DNA from: Bdellovibrionales bacterium
GTDB lineage: Bacteria; Bdellovibrionota; Bdellovibrionia; Bdellovibrionales; UBA1609
Length of the DNA stretch: 64,000 nt
Direction of reading: 5' to 3'
Assembly: GCA_965205365.1 (NCBI GenBank)
Contig: CBDBGT010000011.1
Coordinates: 36,292 to 100,291, forward strand
Of this stretch, positions 28,015 to 37,305 are shown in pieces. How positions within the stretch are numbered: the first letter of the stretch is position 1; each line of letters opens with the position of its first letter. Both the position numbers and the translations under genes were made by a program. The notes under the pieces were generated by a model. It was not told where the DNA came from. It worked only from the letters and a program-made list of their open reading frames with translations, and ran no database searches.

Positions 28015-31000
28015 ATGAAAGCTTTAACTTTATTTACAGTTTTATTATGGACGTTTTCTTCCTTGGCTGTGCCAAGGTCTTTTGTCTTTCAAGGTCAAAT
28101 TATAAAACCTAATGGGGAAGCCTTAGAAGATAATAATGTTAACTTTATTCTTAAAATCCTATCTCCCCTAAACCACTGCCTCCTCTATGAAGAAACCTTC
28201 ACCCTTAATATGACAGACTCAAAGGGAGTGTTTAACCTAAGTGTTGGGTCTGGCACAACCACAGGAAATGGTGGCTTAACAAGTTTATCTAAAGCCCTAG
28301 ACAATTCCTTAAACAACATCACAGGGCTTAACTGTGACTCTGGTTCTTCATACAGTCCAAACCTCACTGACACAAGAAAACTTAGAATGACTTTTGATGA
28401 CGGTGGTGGTCCCCTTACTCTAACAAATGACCACACAATTCAAAGTGTGCCCTACGCTCAGTATGCTCATAAACTTGGCGGAAAAACACTTCATGACTTT
28501 ATTCAAGTCAACAGTGGTGTGACACAAAGTAATTTAGAAACTGTGTTTGATAACGGTGTAAACCAAAGAGAGCTTATGGCTTTAATTGAGGGCCATTCTA
28601 ATCAATACTCTCCATTAAGCACTAGTGGAGCTAGTTCTTTACCTAGCTTTTCAAATCCTCCCCTTAACTCTAAGGCAGGAGATGTTTGGTACAACTCTAC
28701 AACCAATGAAATCATGTACCACAATGGATCAGTAAACACCGTTGTTGGCCAAGGGAGTGGAACTGTGACCAGTATCACCACAGGAAGTGGTCTAAGTGGT
28801 GGAATCATTACAAATAGCGGTACAATTTCAATTGCACCAGGGGGTGTATTAAACAGTCACCTTCAAGGTGGTATCCATGGAAGTAAAATCACAGGAGGAG
28901 TTTTACCAGCCTCAGTGGTTCCAACAGGAACTGATGACACAAAGCTTTCTCTTCAAGGGGGAAGTTTATTAGGTGATCTTAACCTTAATGGAAATGAGGT
29001 TTTAAACACAGGTCATATTATGCAAAACCCGAGGAGTACAATGACCCTAGGTTCTTATGGGAATTTAGAAGAGGCTAGTCTTTTAGGTTCTTTGAGTGCG
29101 GGGAATGCTGGAGCCACTTGGTACAATAGTGATTCTAGGGTGCTTAAATACTGGGACGGTAGTGGTGTAGAAGTGTTAACCACAGTGAGTGTAGGTGTAT
29201 CAAGTGTTTTAGTGAGTCCCCCGTTAACTTCTTCAGGTGGTAATGATCCAAGAATAGGCATAAGCCTTGGTAGGGGTTTATACAACAAGAGTGGAAGTGT
29301 GGAGATAGATTTAGACTCTCTTAGTGGTTTAGACTTTAATGGAAATAGGTTAAGAGTAAAAGCAGGAAGTGGTTTAAGACTAACAGGAAGTGGTATAGAG
29401 GCAGATACGGGAACGAGTTTAGGTCAGTTAATGAGAGTAGACAGTCTTCCTGTGTGCACAAGTGGGGAAAAGATTCAAAGAAACTCTGGAGCCACAGTGA
29501 CTTATTCTTGTGTGGCTGATGTAGATGAAGACACAAGTCTTTTAGGAAAATCAGCAGGAGGAGATCTTAGTGGAACTTATCCAAACCCCATTTTAACATC
29601 AACAGGGGTGAGTGAGGGAATTTATTCAAAAGTTAGAGTGGACACTAAGGGAAGGGTAAGAGAGGGTTTAAGTTTAGTAGAAAGTGATATACCAAATTTA
29701 AGTGGAAGTAAAATCACTTCAGGAACCATTAATACAAATAGATTAAACACAGGAACAGGGAGTAATGACCTTGTTAAGCTTGATGGTTTATCAAGGTTAC
29801 CAAGTGTAGATGGAAGTCAGCTTATAAATTTACCAAGTAGTGCTGACAATATGGGAAATGGTGAGGCTCAAGAGAATATACATCTTAATGAGCATTATTT
29901 AAGTGGAGACGGTGATAATGAGGGAATTAGTGTAGATGCATTAGGAAGGGTTGGAGTGGGTAAAAGGAATCCTCAAGCATTATTAGATGTTGCTGGAAAA
30001 GTAAGGGCAACAGAGATTTGTGATGAAAGAGGTGGAAACTGTAAGGATGTGTCAACAGGTTGGGATAGAGGGAGTGTAGGAGCAAACCAAGTGACCAACG
30101 TTCCTTTTGGAAATGTTTTAGGCACAGATGTTCAGACTGCAATTAATGAGCTTGATTCTAAAAAAGTTCCAATAACTAGAGAAATTGCAACAGTTTTAAA
30201 TAGTGGATTAAGTGGAGGGGGAGACTTATCCACCAACAAGAATTTAAGTGTGGATATTCATGGAACTGTAGAAGAAAGTATAGTGAGTGGTTTAGACAGT
30301 GTTTTAATTCACGATGTATCCCAAAATAGTTTAAAAAAAATAACACAGTCAAATTTTTTAAATGATTATTTTAAAGGATCTTTAGGAACGAGTTTAGGTG
30401 ATGCAATGGATGCTGGAGGTGTGCCTAGTTGTGGAGTGGATGAGAAGCTTAGAATGAGTCAAGGTCCTGTTTATTTATGGTCATGTGTGGTGGATGAAGA
30501 CACAAGTCTTTTAGGAAAATCAGCAGGAGGGGATCTTAGTGGAACTTATCCAAACCCCATTTTAACACCAACAGGGGTGAGTGAAGGAATCTACTTAAAA
30601 GTTAGAGTGGACACTAAGGGAAGAGTGACAGAGGGTTTAAGTTTATCAGAAAGTGATATACCAAATTTAAGTGGAAGTAAAATCACTTCAGGAACCATTA
30701 ATACAAATAGATTAAACACAGGAACAGGGAGTAATGACCTTGTTAAGCTTGATGGTTTATCAAGGTTACCCAGTGTAGATGGAAGTCAGCTTACAAACTT
30801 ACCAAGTAGTGCTGACAATATGGGAAATGGTGAGGCTCAAGAGAATATACATCTTAATGGAAATTATTTAAGTGGAGACGGTGATAATGAGGGAATTAGT
30901 GTAAACAGTGATGGTGATGTTTTTGCTTCTAGAAATATTGCTGCTGTGGGGTCTATTAGTGGATCTAGTGTTGTACTTTTAAATGGAATAAAAATAGGAA

Positions 31001-31764
31001 CAGAGGAAACAACTTGCAATACTTTAAACGAGGGAACTTTAAGGTATAGTGAAAAGAAAATGGAGTTTTGTAACGGAAGTGTGTGGAGTGTTTTAGGTGT
31101 TGATGATCCATGTCTTAGTTCTTCCCCCTTGCCAGGTGCTGTGTGTAAAGGTGGAGCAATTTATCTTGGAAGTCTTAGCCCAGGTGCTACCAGTGGTAGT
31201 GGAACAGATCACTACATGACCACCCCTGGGGGTTGTGGAGATATTCCATCAGGAAGTGTTTCAGGGGGTTCGGGGACAAATTCTTATGCATTAAATGATT
31301 TTACAGTGACTTGTTCTGGTACTGATAGTTTATTTAAAGATTGGAATAATAATACAAGTAATTGGTATAATATTCCAGGGCTAGCAAATTACACATCAAC
31401 TTTGGGAATTGGTCATGGTGAAAATAACATAGATTTAAATTACGGTTCAGCGAATACAGATGTAATTGTTGCCATTACTTTAGAGTCTCAAGGGGGCTAT
31501 CATGCCGCAGCAAGGTATTGTCATAAGCTTGTTTATGGTGGTTATGATGATTGGCATTTACCTAACCGCTATGAGCTTAATTTAATGTACACAAATCGTT
31601 CTGCTCTTCCAGGTTTGGTTCAAGGTTCAAATGCTTGGTATTGGTCGTCTACGGAGTACAATTTTACAATGCGTGGATCCAGCGGTTTTCTGATGGCTAT
31701 CAGAATGGCGGCAGTAAGAGCGATTCTCGGCGTGTTCGTTGTGTACGGAGGTTTTGAGGCCTGA
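28015..31764 (+). CDS. MAT-like fibre adhesin 2 with DUF1566-type tip; 1-nt frameshift in the last about 30 codons (homologous stop at 31755-31757)
   Basis: Paralogue of 9304..12084 with a 323-aa insertion. The homologous NAWIQRFSDG...RCVRRF* lies in another frame after the T4 run at 31662-31665. Confidence 0.85.
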   Translation: MKALTLFTVLLWTFSSLAVPRSFVFQGQIIKPNGEALEDNNVNFILKILSPLNHCLLYEETFTLNMTDSKGVFNLSVGSGTTTGNGGLTSLSKALDNSLNNITGLNCDSGSSYSPNLTDTRKLRMTFDDGGGPLTLTNDHTIQSVPYAQYAHKLGGKTLHDFIQVNSGVTQSNLETVFDNGVNQRELMALIEGHSNQYSPLSTSGASSLPSFSNPPLNSKAGDVWYNSTTNEIMYHNGSVNTVVGQGSGTVTSITTGSGLSGGIITNSGTISIAPGGVLNSHLQGGIHGSKITGGVLPASVVPTGTDDTKLSLQGGSLLGDLNLNGNEVLNTGHIMQNPRSTMTLGSYGNLEEASLLGSLSAGNAGATWYNSDSRVLKYWDGSGVEVLTTVSVGVSSVLVSPPLTSSGGNDPRIGISLGRGLYNKSGSVEIDLDSLSGLDFNGNRLRVKAGSGLRLTGSGIEADTGTSLGQLMRVDSLPVCTSGEKIQRNSGATVTYSCVADVDEDTSLLGKSAGGDLSGTYPNPILTSTGVSEGIYSKVRVDTKGRVREGLSLVESDIPNLSGSKITSGTINTNRLNTGTGSNDLVKLDGLSRLPSVDGSQLINLPSSADNMGNGEAQENIHLNEHYLSGDGDNEGISVDALGRVGVGKRNPQALLDVAGKVRATEICDERGGNCKDVSTGWDRGSVGANQVTNVPFGNVLGTDVQTAINELDSKKVPITREIATVLNSGLSGGGDLSTNKNLSVDIHGTVEESIVSGLDSVLIHDVSQNSLKKITQSNFLNDYFKGSLGTSLGDAMDAGGVPSCGVDEKLRMSQGPVYLWSCVVDEDTSLLGKSAGGDLSGTYPNPILTPTGVSEGIYLKVRVDTKGRVTEGLSLSESDIPNLSGSKITSGTINTNRLNTGTGSNDLVKLDGLSRLPSVDGSQLTNLPSSADNMGNGEAQENIHLNGNYLSGDGDNEGISVNSDGDVFASRNIAAVGSISGSSVVLLNGIKIGTEETTCNTLNEGTLRYSEKKMEFCNGSVWSVLGVDDPCLSSSPLPGAVCKGGAIYLGSLSPGATSGSGTDHYMTTPGGCGDIPSGSVSGGSGTNSYALNDFTVTCSGTDSLFKDWNNNTSNWYNIPGLANYTSTLGIGHGENNIDLNYGSANTDVIVAITLESQGGYHAAARYCHKLVYGGYDDWHLPNRYELNLMYTNRSALPGLVQGSNAWYWSSTEYNFTMRGSSGFLMAIRMAAVRAILGVFVVYGGFEA
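29524..30903 (+). repeat. Internal 411-bp (137-aa) module duplicated at 29524-29934 and 30493-30903; single copy in fibre 1 (10813-11223)
   Basis: DEDTSLLGKSAGGDLSGTYPNP...GDNEGISV occurs twice. Confidence 0.95.
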
Positions 31765-31796
31765 AAGGGCTCATGAGCTCTTTAGCCCTTTAGTTC

Positions 31797-31835
31797 TTTT
31801 ATCTTAAGGAGGCTTTAAGCCTCCTTAAGATAAAA
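31797..31835. terminator. Perfect 19-bp inverted repeat (terminator or cruciform)
   Basis: ttttatcttaaggaggctt-t-aagcctccttaagataaaa. Confidence 0.7.
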
Positions 31836-32098
31836 TTATTTAATTTTAGAAATGTACTTAATGAATTTATTCAAGCGGGATTTTTTATTTTTTTTTCATA
31901 CCGCCCTCCATGGCCTTATAAAATCATAAAATCAAGAGATTGCAAAAATTGTTGATCTTTTGTTGAAAATTAATGGTACGGTGTACTAGTGGATATTTTG
32001 AAGTTAAACCTTTTATTTAAATATTTAATTTTTATCACCAGTAATATGTTAAAAATATTTTTCTTTAAGTAATAATGACTAATTACTATAAAATATAT

Positions 32099-32689
32099 TT
32101 AAAAAGATTTTTTAAATCCCTTTTTTTCTAATTCCTTTAAAAGTTGGATTAAAGGAAGACCTTTAATAGATGTTTCATCTGTAGTTTGAATTGATGTAAA
32201 TAAGGACTGTCCATTTTTTTCAAATTTAAAACTCCCAGCACAATCATAGGGTTTATCTAAGAGAAGGTATTTTGTAATTTCATTGTCTGAGAGCTTTTTA
32301 AAGTTTAATTGAGTATTGCATTCAAAAAAAATATCATTACCGTTAGTATCATGTAAGTAGGTAGCGGTTACTAATAGGGCAGATTTTCCAGATATAGAAG
32401 AGAGTTGTTTAAAAGATCCATTAAAGTCTTTACCTTTTCCTAAGGCTATGTTGTTAAAAATTAAGGCTTGATCAGAACTGATGATTATAGAGTTGGGGTG
32501 GTTTTTTGAAAGTGATAGGGCTTTGTGTTTTGCTAAAAACATACAAAGTTCATGTGAGAGGCCTTTAAAGTTATGCTTTAGAAGGTTTTCATTGCAAAGA
32601 GGCTTTTGGGTTATAAAGTTAATATTTAAACTTTTAAGCAGAGCTTTTCTATAAGGGCTTGTACTTCCAAGAATTAAATTTTTCTTCAT
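32099..32689 (-). CDS. maf: Maf-family nucleoside-triphosphate pyrophosphatase
   Basis: LILGSTSPYR, SSDQ, LGK, DCAGSF..E, GLPL motifs. Confidence 0.88.
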   Translation of the reverse strand: MKKNLILGSTSPYRKALLKSLNINFITQKPLCNENLLKHNFKGLSHELCMFLAKHKALSLSKNHPNSIIISSDQALIFNNIALGKGKDFNGSFKQLSSISGKSALLVTATYLHDTNGNDIFFECNTQLNFKKLSDNEITKYLLLDKPYDCAGSFKFEKNGQSLFTSIQTTDETSIKGLPLIQLLKELEKKGFKKSF

Positions 32690-32743
32690 CTTTATAACCC
32701 CATTATCTTTGACTTTTTATATAATGCTTTAGACACTTTGTGT

Positions 32744-33805
32744 ATGGAAAATTATATACATCAATTGAGTCCTATAGCTTTACCTATTTATGAAAATATT
32801 GCCATACGTTGGTATGGGTTAGCTTATCTGGGAGGTTTATTATTGGGCTTGTTGCTCATGAGAAAAATGAGTCAAAGAGGAGGTAATCTTTTAGATTTTG
32901 AACAGCTCTCAGATTTTGTGACATGGATGGCTTTAGGAGTTATGGTTGGAGGAAGGCTTGGATATTGTTTATTTTATTCTCCTGATCTTTTAACTGATTT
33001 TTCTGTAAGTTTTCCTTTTTGGGGGGTTTTAAAAGTATGGGAAGGTGGAATGTCTAGCCATGGGGGAGCTTTAGGTGTTCTTTTTGCTTCCTACTTTTTT
33101 GGTAGAAAACATAAAGTCTGTTGGATGCATATTAGCGATCTTAGTGTTTTAGGTGCTAGTCTTGGGTTTTTCTTTGGAAGAATTGCTAATTTTATAAACG
33201 GTGAGCTTTATGGAAGAGTTGTTGAAAAACCAATTTCATGGGCAGTAAAATTCCCTCAAGAACTAACACAGTGGATTCATTATAGTCAAAATAAGCTAAT
33301 GACTTTAGAGCCACTTGCTCAAAAATTTGCAGGAACTATAGGTGTGCCAGAGGGGCTAACAGCTTATAATTGGACAGAGCTTGTTTCTAGATATGCTTTA
33401 GAATCTAAAGCAAAGGGTATTGTTAAGGGTTTTGTTTCATGGATTCAAAATCAATGTATGGAAAAAAATCAATTAGTGGTAGAAGCTTTACAAACAGTTT
33501 TACCAGCAAGGTATCCTTCACAACTTATTCAAGCTTTATGTGAAGGGTTACTGGTGTTTATTATATTAAATATTATTTGGTTAAAGCCTAGAAAACCTGG
33601 TGTGTTAACAGCATGGTTTGGTATTTTGTATGCCACTGCAAGAATTATTGGAGAGCAGTTTAGAATGCCAGATGTGCAGATAGGATTTCAGGCCTTTGGG
33701 TTAACAAGAGGTCAGTGGTTAAGTGTAGGGATGTTGGTAGTGGGACTTGTACTTTTAATCTACTGCTTAAGACGTGATGTTGAAAAAATAAAAGGCTGGT
33801 CTTAA
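32744..33805 (+). CDS. lgt: Prolipoprotein diacylglyceryl transferase
   Basis: IRWYGLAY, GGRLGY, GGMSSHGG, GRIANFINGELYGR, YPSQL, EQFR.PD, GQWLS. Confidence 0.95.
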   Translation: MENYIHQLSPIALPIYENIAIRWYGLAYLGGLLLGLLLMRKMSQRGGNLLDFEQLSDFVTWMALGVMVGGRLGYCLFYSPDLLTDFSVSFPFWGVLKVWEGGMSSHGGALGVLFASYFFGRKHKVCWMHISDLSVLGASLGFFFGRIANFINGELYGRVVEKPISWAVKFPQELTQWIHYSQNKLMTLEPLAQKFAGTIGVPEGLTAYNWTELVSRYALESKAKGIVKGFVSWIQNQCMEKNQLVVEALQTVLPARYPSQLIQALCEGLLVFIILNIIWLKPRKPGVLTAWFGILYATARIIGEQFRMPDVQIGFQAFGLTRGQWLSVGMLVVGLVLLIYCLRRDVEKIKGWS

Positions 33806-34107
33806 ATTTAGATAAAAAATTAGTTTTAATTAAAAGTTTAGTGTTATATATTATTCATCTATTTTTAAAGAAAAGCTAATTTCTTAGTAGAACTTATTTT
33901 TTGGAAAGGTTAAGCAACAGGCCCATGAGAATTAAAAGAGAAGAATTTTACTTCAGTTTGAGACTATTTCCATATTTATAGTCTAGTTTTCCTAAAAAAA
34001 TCTCATGGGTAACCTCTGATCGAAGTCTAGAAAAAATTGGAAAAATTATACACAATAAAAACTACGGCTATACTTTAATTTTATTTGCTTAACGAAAGGA
34101 TCTAAGT

Positions 34108-34590
34108 ATGAAAACTCTACTTTTCCTCCTGCTACTGCTTCCATCTTTTGCCTTTTCCTGGTTTTTAGACTCTGGGGGTTTAGATGGTAAAGACTGGGAC
34201 TCCTCCATTATGGAAGGAAAGTCTTATGTTTTATTCTACGTCAGCCCTAAATATAAAGACTTAAACAATGATGCTTCAGAAAGACTACGAGCTGAAAAAT
34301 TTGAAGATAGTGTTTTCGGTTCAGTAGCTGTCATTGATTTTAAAAGCTCTTGGGTTCCTAATGGGTTTATAAAAAGAGCGCTTAAAAAGAAGCAAAGAAA
34401 ATACCCAAGAACAATTTATTTAAAAGATAAAAAACGCTATCTGCATAAATCTTTAAATTTTAAACCCTCTGGAAATGATATTTTTGCATTTGATAAAAAT
34501 GGTAATGAAATATTTAGACAATCTGGAAAACTCAATAAAGAGGATATAGTTAAACTCATTAAAGTTTTAAGGGTTTCAATTAAATACTGA
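34108..34590 (+). CDS. YtfJ-like exported thioredoxin-fold protein
   Basis: Signal peptide; WDSS...GK..VLFYV.P..KDLN; DKNG...F...GKL. Confidence 0.7.
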   Translation: MKTLLFLLLLLPSFAFSWFLDSGGLDGKDWDSSIMEGKSYVLFYVSPKYKDLNNDASERLRAEKFEDSVFGSVAVIDFKSSWVPNGFIKRALKKKQRKYPRTIYLKDKKRYLHKSLNFKPSGNDIFAFDKNGNEIFRQSGKLNKEDIVKLIKVLRVSIKY

Positions 34591-34676
34591 TGTTACCCAT
34601 TTTCATAAATTTTGAACCTGAAATCTCATCAGAATAATTTTTTAAGTTCATATTGAGCATGCTATTACACCGTACT

Positions 34677-35285
34677 TTATTCAAAAGGAACCTCTAAAAT
34701 ACCTTCTGCAAGCTCAATGGTTTTAAATTTATTATTTTTAATTTTAAAAACTCCAAGGTTTGTAATGACTTTTGAAATACAGCCAACCCCTGTTAGGGGG
34801 AGTGTACATTTTTTTAAAAGTTTTGAGTTTCCCTTTTTATCTGTATGTTGCATAACTACGATTACTTGTTTTGATGAAGCAACTAAATCCATGGCACCTC
34901 CCATGCCCTTAACCATTTTTCCAGGAATCATCCAGTTAGCAATATCACCATTTTCTGAAACTTCCATGGCACCTAAAATAGTTAAATTTACATGTTGACC
35001 TCTAATCATTGCAAAGCTTTCTGCTGAATCAAAAAATGAAGCTCCCGGCACAGTTGTCACTGTTTGTTTTCCTGCATTAATAAGGTCGGCGTCAACATCT
35101 TCATTTTTTGGAAAAGATCCCATTCCGAGCAAGCCATTTTCGCTTTGTAAAAGAACAGATTTTGTTTTTGGAATAAAGTTTGAGACTAGAGTAGGGATAC
35201 CAATTCCTAGATTCACTGTGAACCCATCTTTAATCTCTTCAGCAGCTTTCATTGCCATTTGATTTCTTGTCCACCCTTGAGTCAT
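34677..35285 (-). CDS. scoB: 3-oxoacid CoA-transferase subunit B
   Basis: [38 protein letters not shown]. Confidence 0.93.
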   Translation of the reverse strand: MTQGWTRNQMAMKAAEEIKDGFTVNLGIGIPTLVSNFIPKTKSVLLQSENGLLGMGSFPKNEDVDADLINAGKQTVTTVPGASFFDSAESFAMIRGQHVNLTILGAMEVSENGDIANWMIPGKMVKGMGGAMDLVASSKQVIVVMQHTDKKGNSKLLKKCTLPLTGVGCISKVITNLGVFKIKNNKFKTIELAEGILEVPFE

Positions 35286-35980
35286 GAGTCACTCCTTACA
35301 GTTCTTTGCTCTATTCGCTTTTCAAATTTTTCACCCTTAATGACTCTTTGAACATAGATCCCGGGCACATGTACTTGATTAGGGTCTATTGAACCAATAG
35401 GCACAATCTCCTCAACTTCTGCAACAGTGATCTTTCCAGCTTTTGCCATAATGGGGTTAAAGTTAGCAGCGGTTTTATTAAACACTAAATTTCCATATGC
35501 ATCAGCTTTTTGAGCTTTTATGAAGGCAAAGTCAGCGTGAAGAGCTTCCTCTAAAATATAAGTTTGTCCATTAAAGTTTTTATGTTCTTTGCCCTCAGCT
35601 ACTTTTGTTCCAACACCGGTTGCGGTGTAAAAGCCTGGAATTCCAGCCCCACCAGCTCTTATCTTTTCAGCTAGAGTTCCTTGTGGAGTAAGCTCTACTT
35701 CTAAAACTCCAGATAAAAACTGTTCTGCAAAAAGTTTATTTTCTCCTACATAACTTGAGATCATTTTTTTTATCTGCCTTGTTTCTAATAAAAGACCTAA
35801 ACCAAAACCATCAACACCAGCATTATTTGATATGCAAGTTAAGTCTTTTACTCCAGATCTTTTAAGTGCAGCTATAGCATTTTCTGGAATGCCACAAAGG
35901 CCAAACCCTCCAACCATAAAAGTCATGTTGTTTTCCACACCTTTTATGGCTTCTTTAACTGAATTTACAATTTTATTCAT
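35282..35980 (-). CDS. scoA: 3-oxoacid CoA-transferase subunit A
   Basis: [36 protein letters not shown]. Confidence 0.93.
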   Translation of the reverse strand: MNKIVNSVKEAIKGVENNMTFMVGGFGLCGIPENAIAALKRSGVKDLTCISNNAGVDGFGLGLLLETRQIKKMISSYVGENKLFAEQFLSGVLEVELTPQGTLAEKIRAGGAGIPGFYTATGVGTKVAEGKEHKNFNGQTYILEEALHADFAFIKAQKADAYGNLVFNKTAANFNPIMAKAGKITVAEVEEIVPIGSIDPNQVHVPGIYVQRVIKGEKFEKRIEQRTVRSDS

Positions 35981-35988
35981 ACTTTCTC

Positions 35989-37164
35989 CTATACTCTCTC
36001 AACTAAAACAGCTACAGCCTCTCCGCCACCAATGCAAATGCTGGCTATTCCAAATTGTTTGTCTTGAGTATGTAATGCGTGTACAAGGGTTGTAAAAATT
36101 CTTGCACCACTTGCTCCAATGGGATGGCCAAGTGACACAGCTCCACCGTGAACATTTATTTTCTCATTTGGAATGGCGAGTTCTTTTTGAGCTGCCATTG
36201 TGACTACAGCAAAAGCTTCGTTTATTTCAAAAAGGTCTATATCAGAAACTGTTTTGTTAGCTTTTTTTAAAAGGCTTTTCATTGCAAAAATAGGCGCTGT
36301 GGTAAACCACTTAGGGTCTTGTGCAAAAGTCGTATAATTAATAATTTTAGCTAAGGGTTTTACTAAAGTTTCCTGTGAAAGGCTATTCCTTGCTAGAATG
36401 AGTGCAGAGGCACCGTCATTGATTTTACTCGCATTTGCGGCAGTTATTGTACCACCTTCTTCAAAGGCAGGTTTTAAGTTTAGCATTTTATCAAATTGAG
36501 CTTTTCTAGGTTCATCATCTACTGTTATAACCTTTAACCCTTTGCGGTCTTTGACTTCAACTGGAATAAGCTCATTGTTAAAAAAACCTTTTTCTTGAGA
36601 TTTTTGTGATTTTTTATAACTGTTTACTGCAAATTCATCTTGTTCTTCACGGGTAAATGAGTATTCTTTAACGCAAAGTTCAGCTGCATTTCCCATGTGC
36701 CAATTGTTATTAGGATCCCAAAGGCCATCTTTAAGCATAGTGTCTTCAATTTTAACATGACCCATACGGTATCCTGTTCGTGAATTTGGTAAAATATGAG
36801 GAGTTAAAGACATGTTCTCCATTCCTCCAACAATTGTAGCTTGAGAATGCCCAAGCTTTATGGAATCAGCCCCTAACATCAAGGCTTTTAGACCTGAGCC
36901 GCAAACTTTGTTAATAGTCATGGATGCGATGCTTTTTGGAAGACCTGCTGCAATAACAGCTTGTCTTCCAGGAGCTTGGCCTAAACCGGCTGTAAGAACG
37001 TTACCCATTATACATTCTTCAAGAAGAGAAGGGCTAAAACCACTTGCTAAAACAGCTTCTTTAATGGCTACAGCTCCAAGTTCTGTAGCTGGTACAGTAG
37101 AAAGAGAGCCTCTAAATGCTCCAATAGGTGTTCTTTTTGCTGAAAAAACAAGTATATCTGACAT
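35989..37164 (-). CDS. atoB: Acetyl-CoA C-acetyltransferase (thiolase)
   Basis: [28 protein letters not shown]. Confidence 0.9.
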   Translation of the reverse strand: MSDILVFSAKRTPIGAFRGSLSTVPATELGAVAIKEAVLASGFSPSLLEECIMGNVLTAGLGQAPGRQAVIAAGLPKSIASMTINKVCGSGLKALMLGADSIKLGHSQATIVGGMENMSLTPHILPNSRTGYRMGHVKIEDTMLKDGLWDPNNNWHMGNAAELCVKEYSFTREEQDEFAVNSYKKSQKSQEKGFFNNELIPVEVKDRKGLKVITVDDEPRKAQFDKMLNLKPAFEEGGTITAANASKINDGASALILARNSLSQETLVKPLAKIINYTTFAQDPKWFTTAPIFAMKSLLKKANKTVSDIDLFEINEAFAVVTMAAQKELAIPNEKINVHGGAVSLGHPIGASGARIFTTLVHALHTQDKQFGIASICIGGGEAVAVLVERV

Positions 37165-37305
37165 ATTTAGCTCCTGTGGTAAATCTTTTTAAGAGGGTTC
37201 ATGCTTGCGACCAGGAAAGAATCCTGTCATATTCATCGATATATTTAAAGTTAAAACATATTAAATTTAATAAAATCTAGAGTTTAATAATAACTTAGAG
37301 GGCAG

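Larger units (their letters stand above)
27627..31988. mobile_element. IS-type terminal inverted repeats enclosing fibre gene 2; no transposase inside
   Basis: tagtacaccgtggcattaatttt (27627-27649) versus reverse complement of 31966-31988, tagtacaccgtaccattaatttt: 21/23 identical, inward-facing, TA at both outer ends. Confidence 0.65.

Noticed and set aside
9304-31764. Prophage suggested by tail-fibre-like genes
   Set aside because: The genes have signal peptides, and no capsid, terminase or integrase genes are nearby; these are cellular fibres.
33250-33500. About 70-aa insertion in Lgt considered as a possible intein
   Set aside because: No intein terminal residues; it lies in the variable periplasmic region of Lgt.
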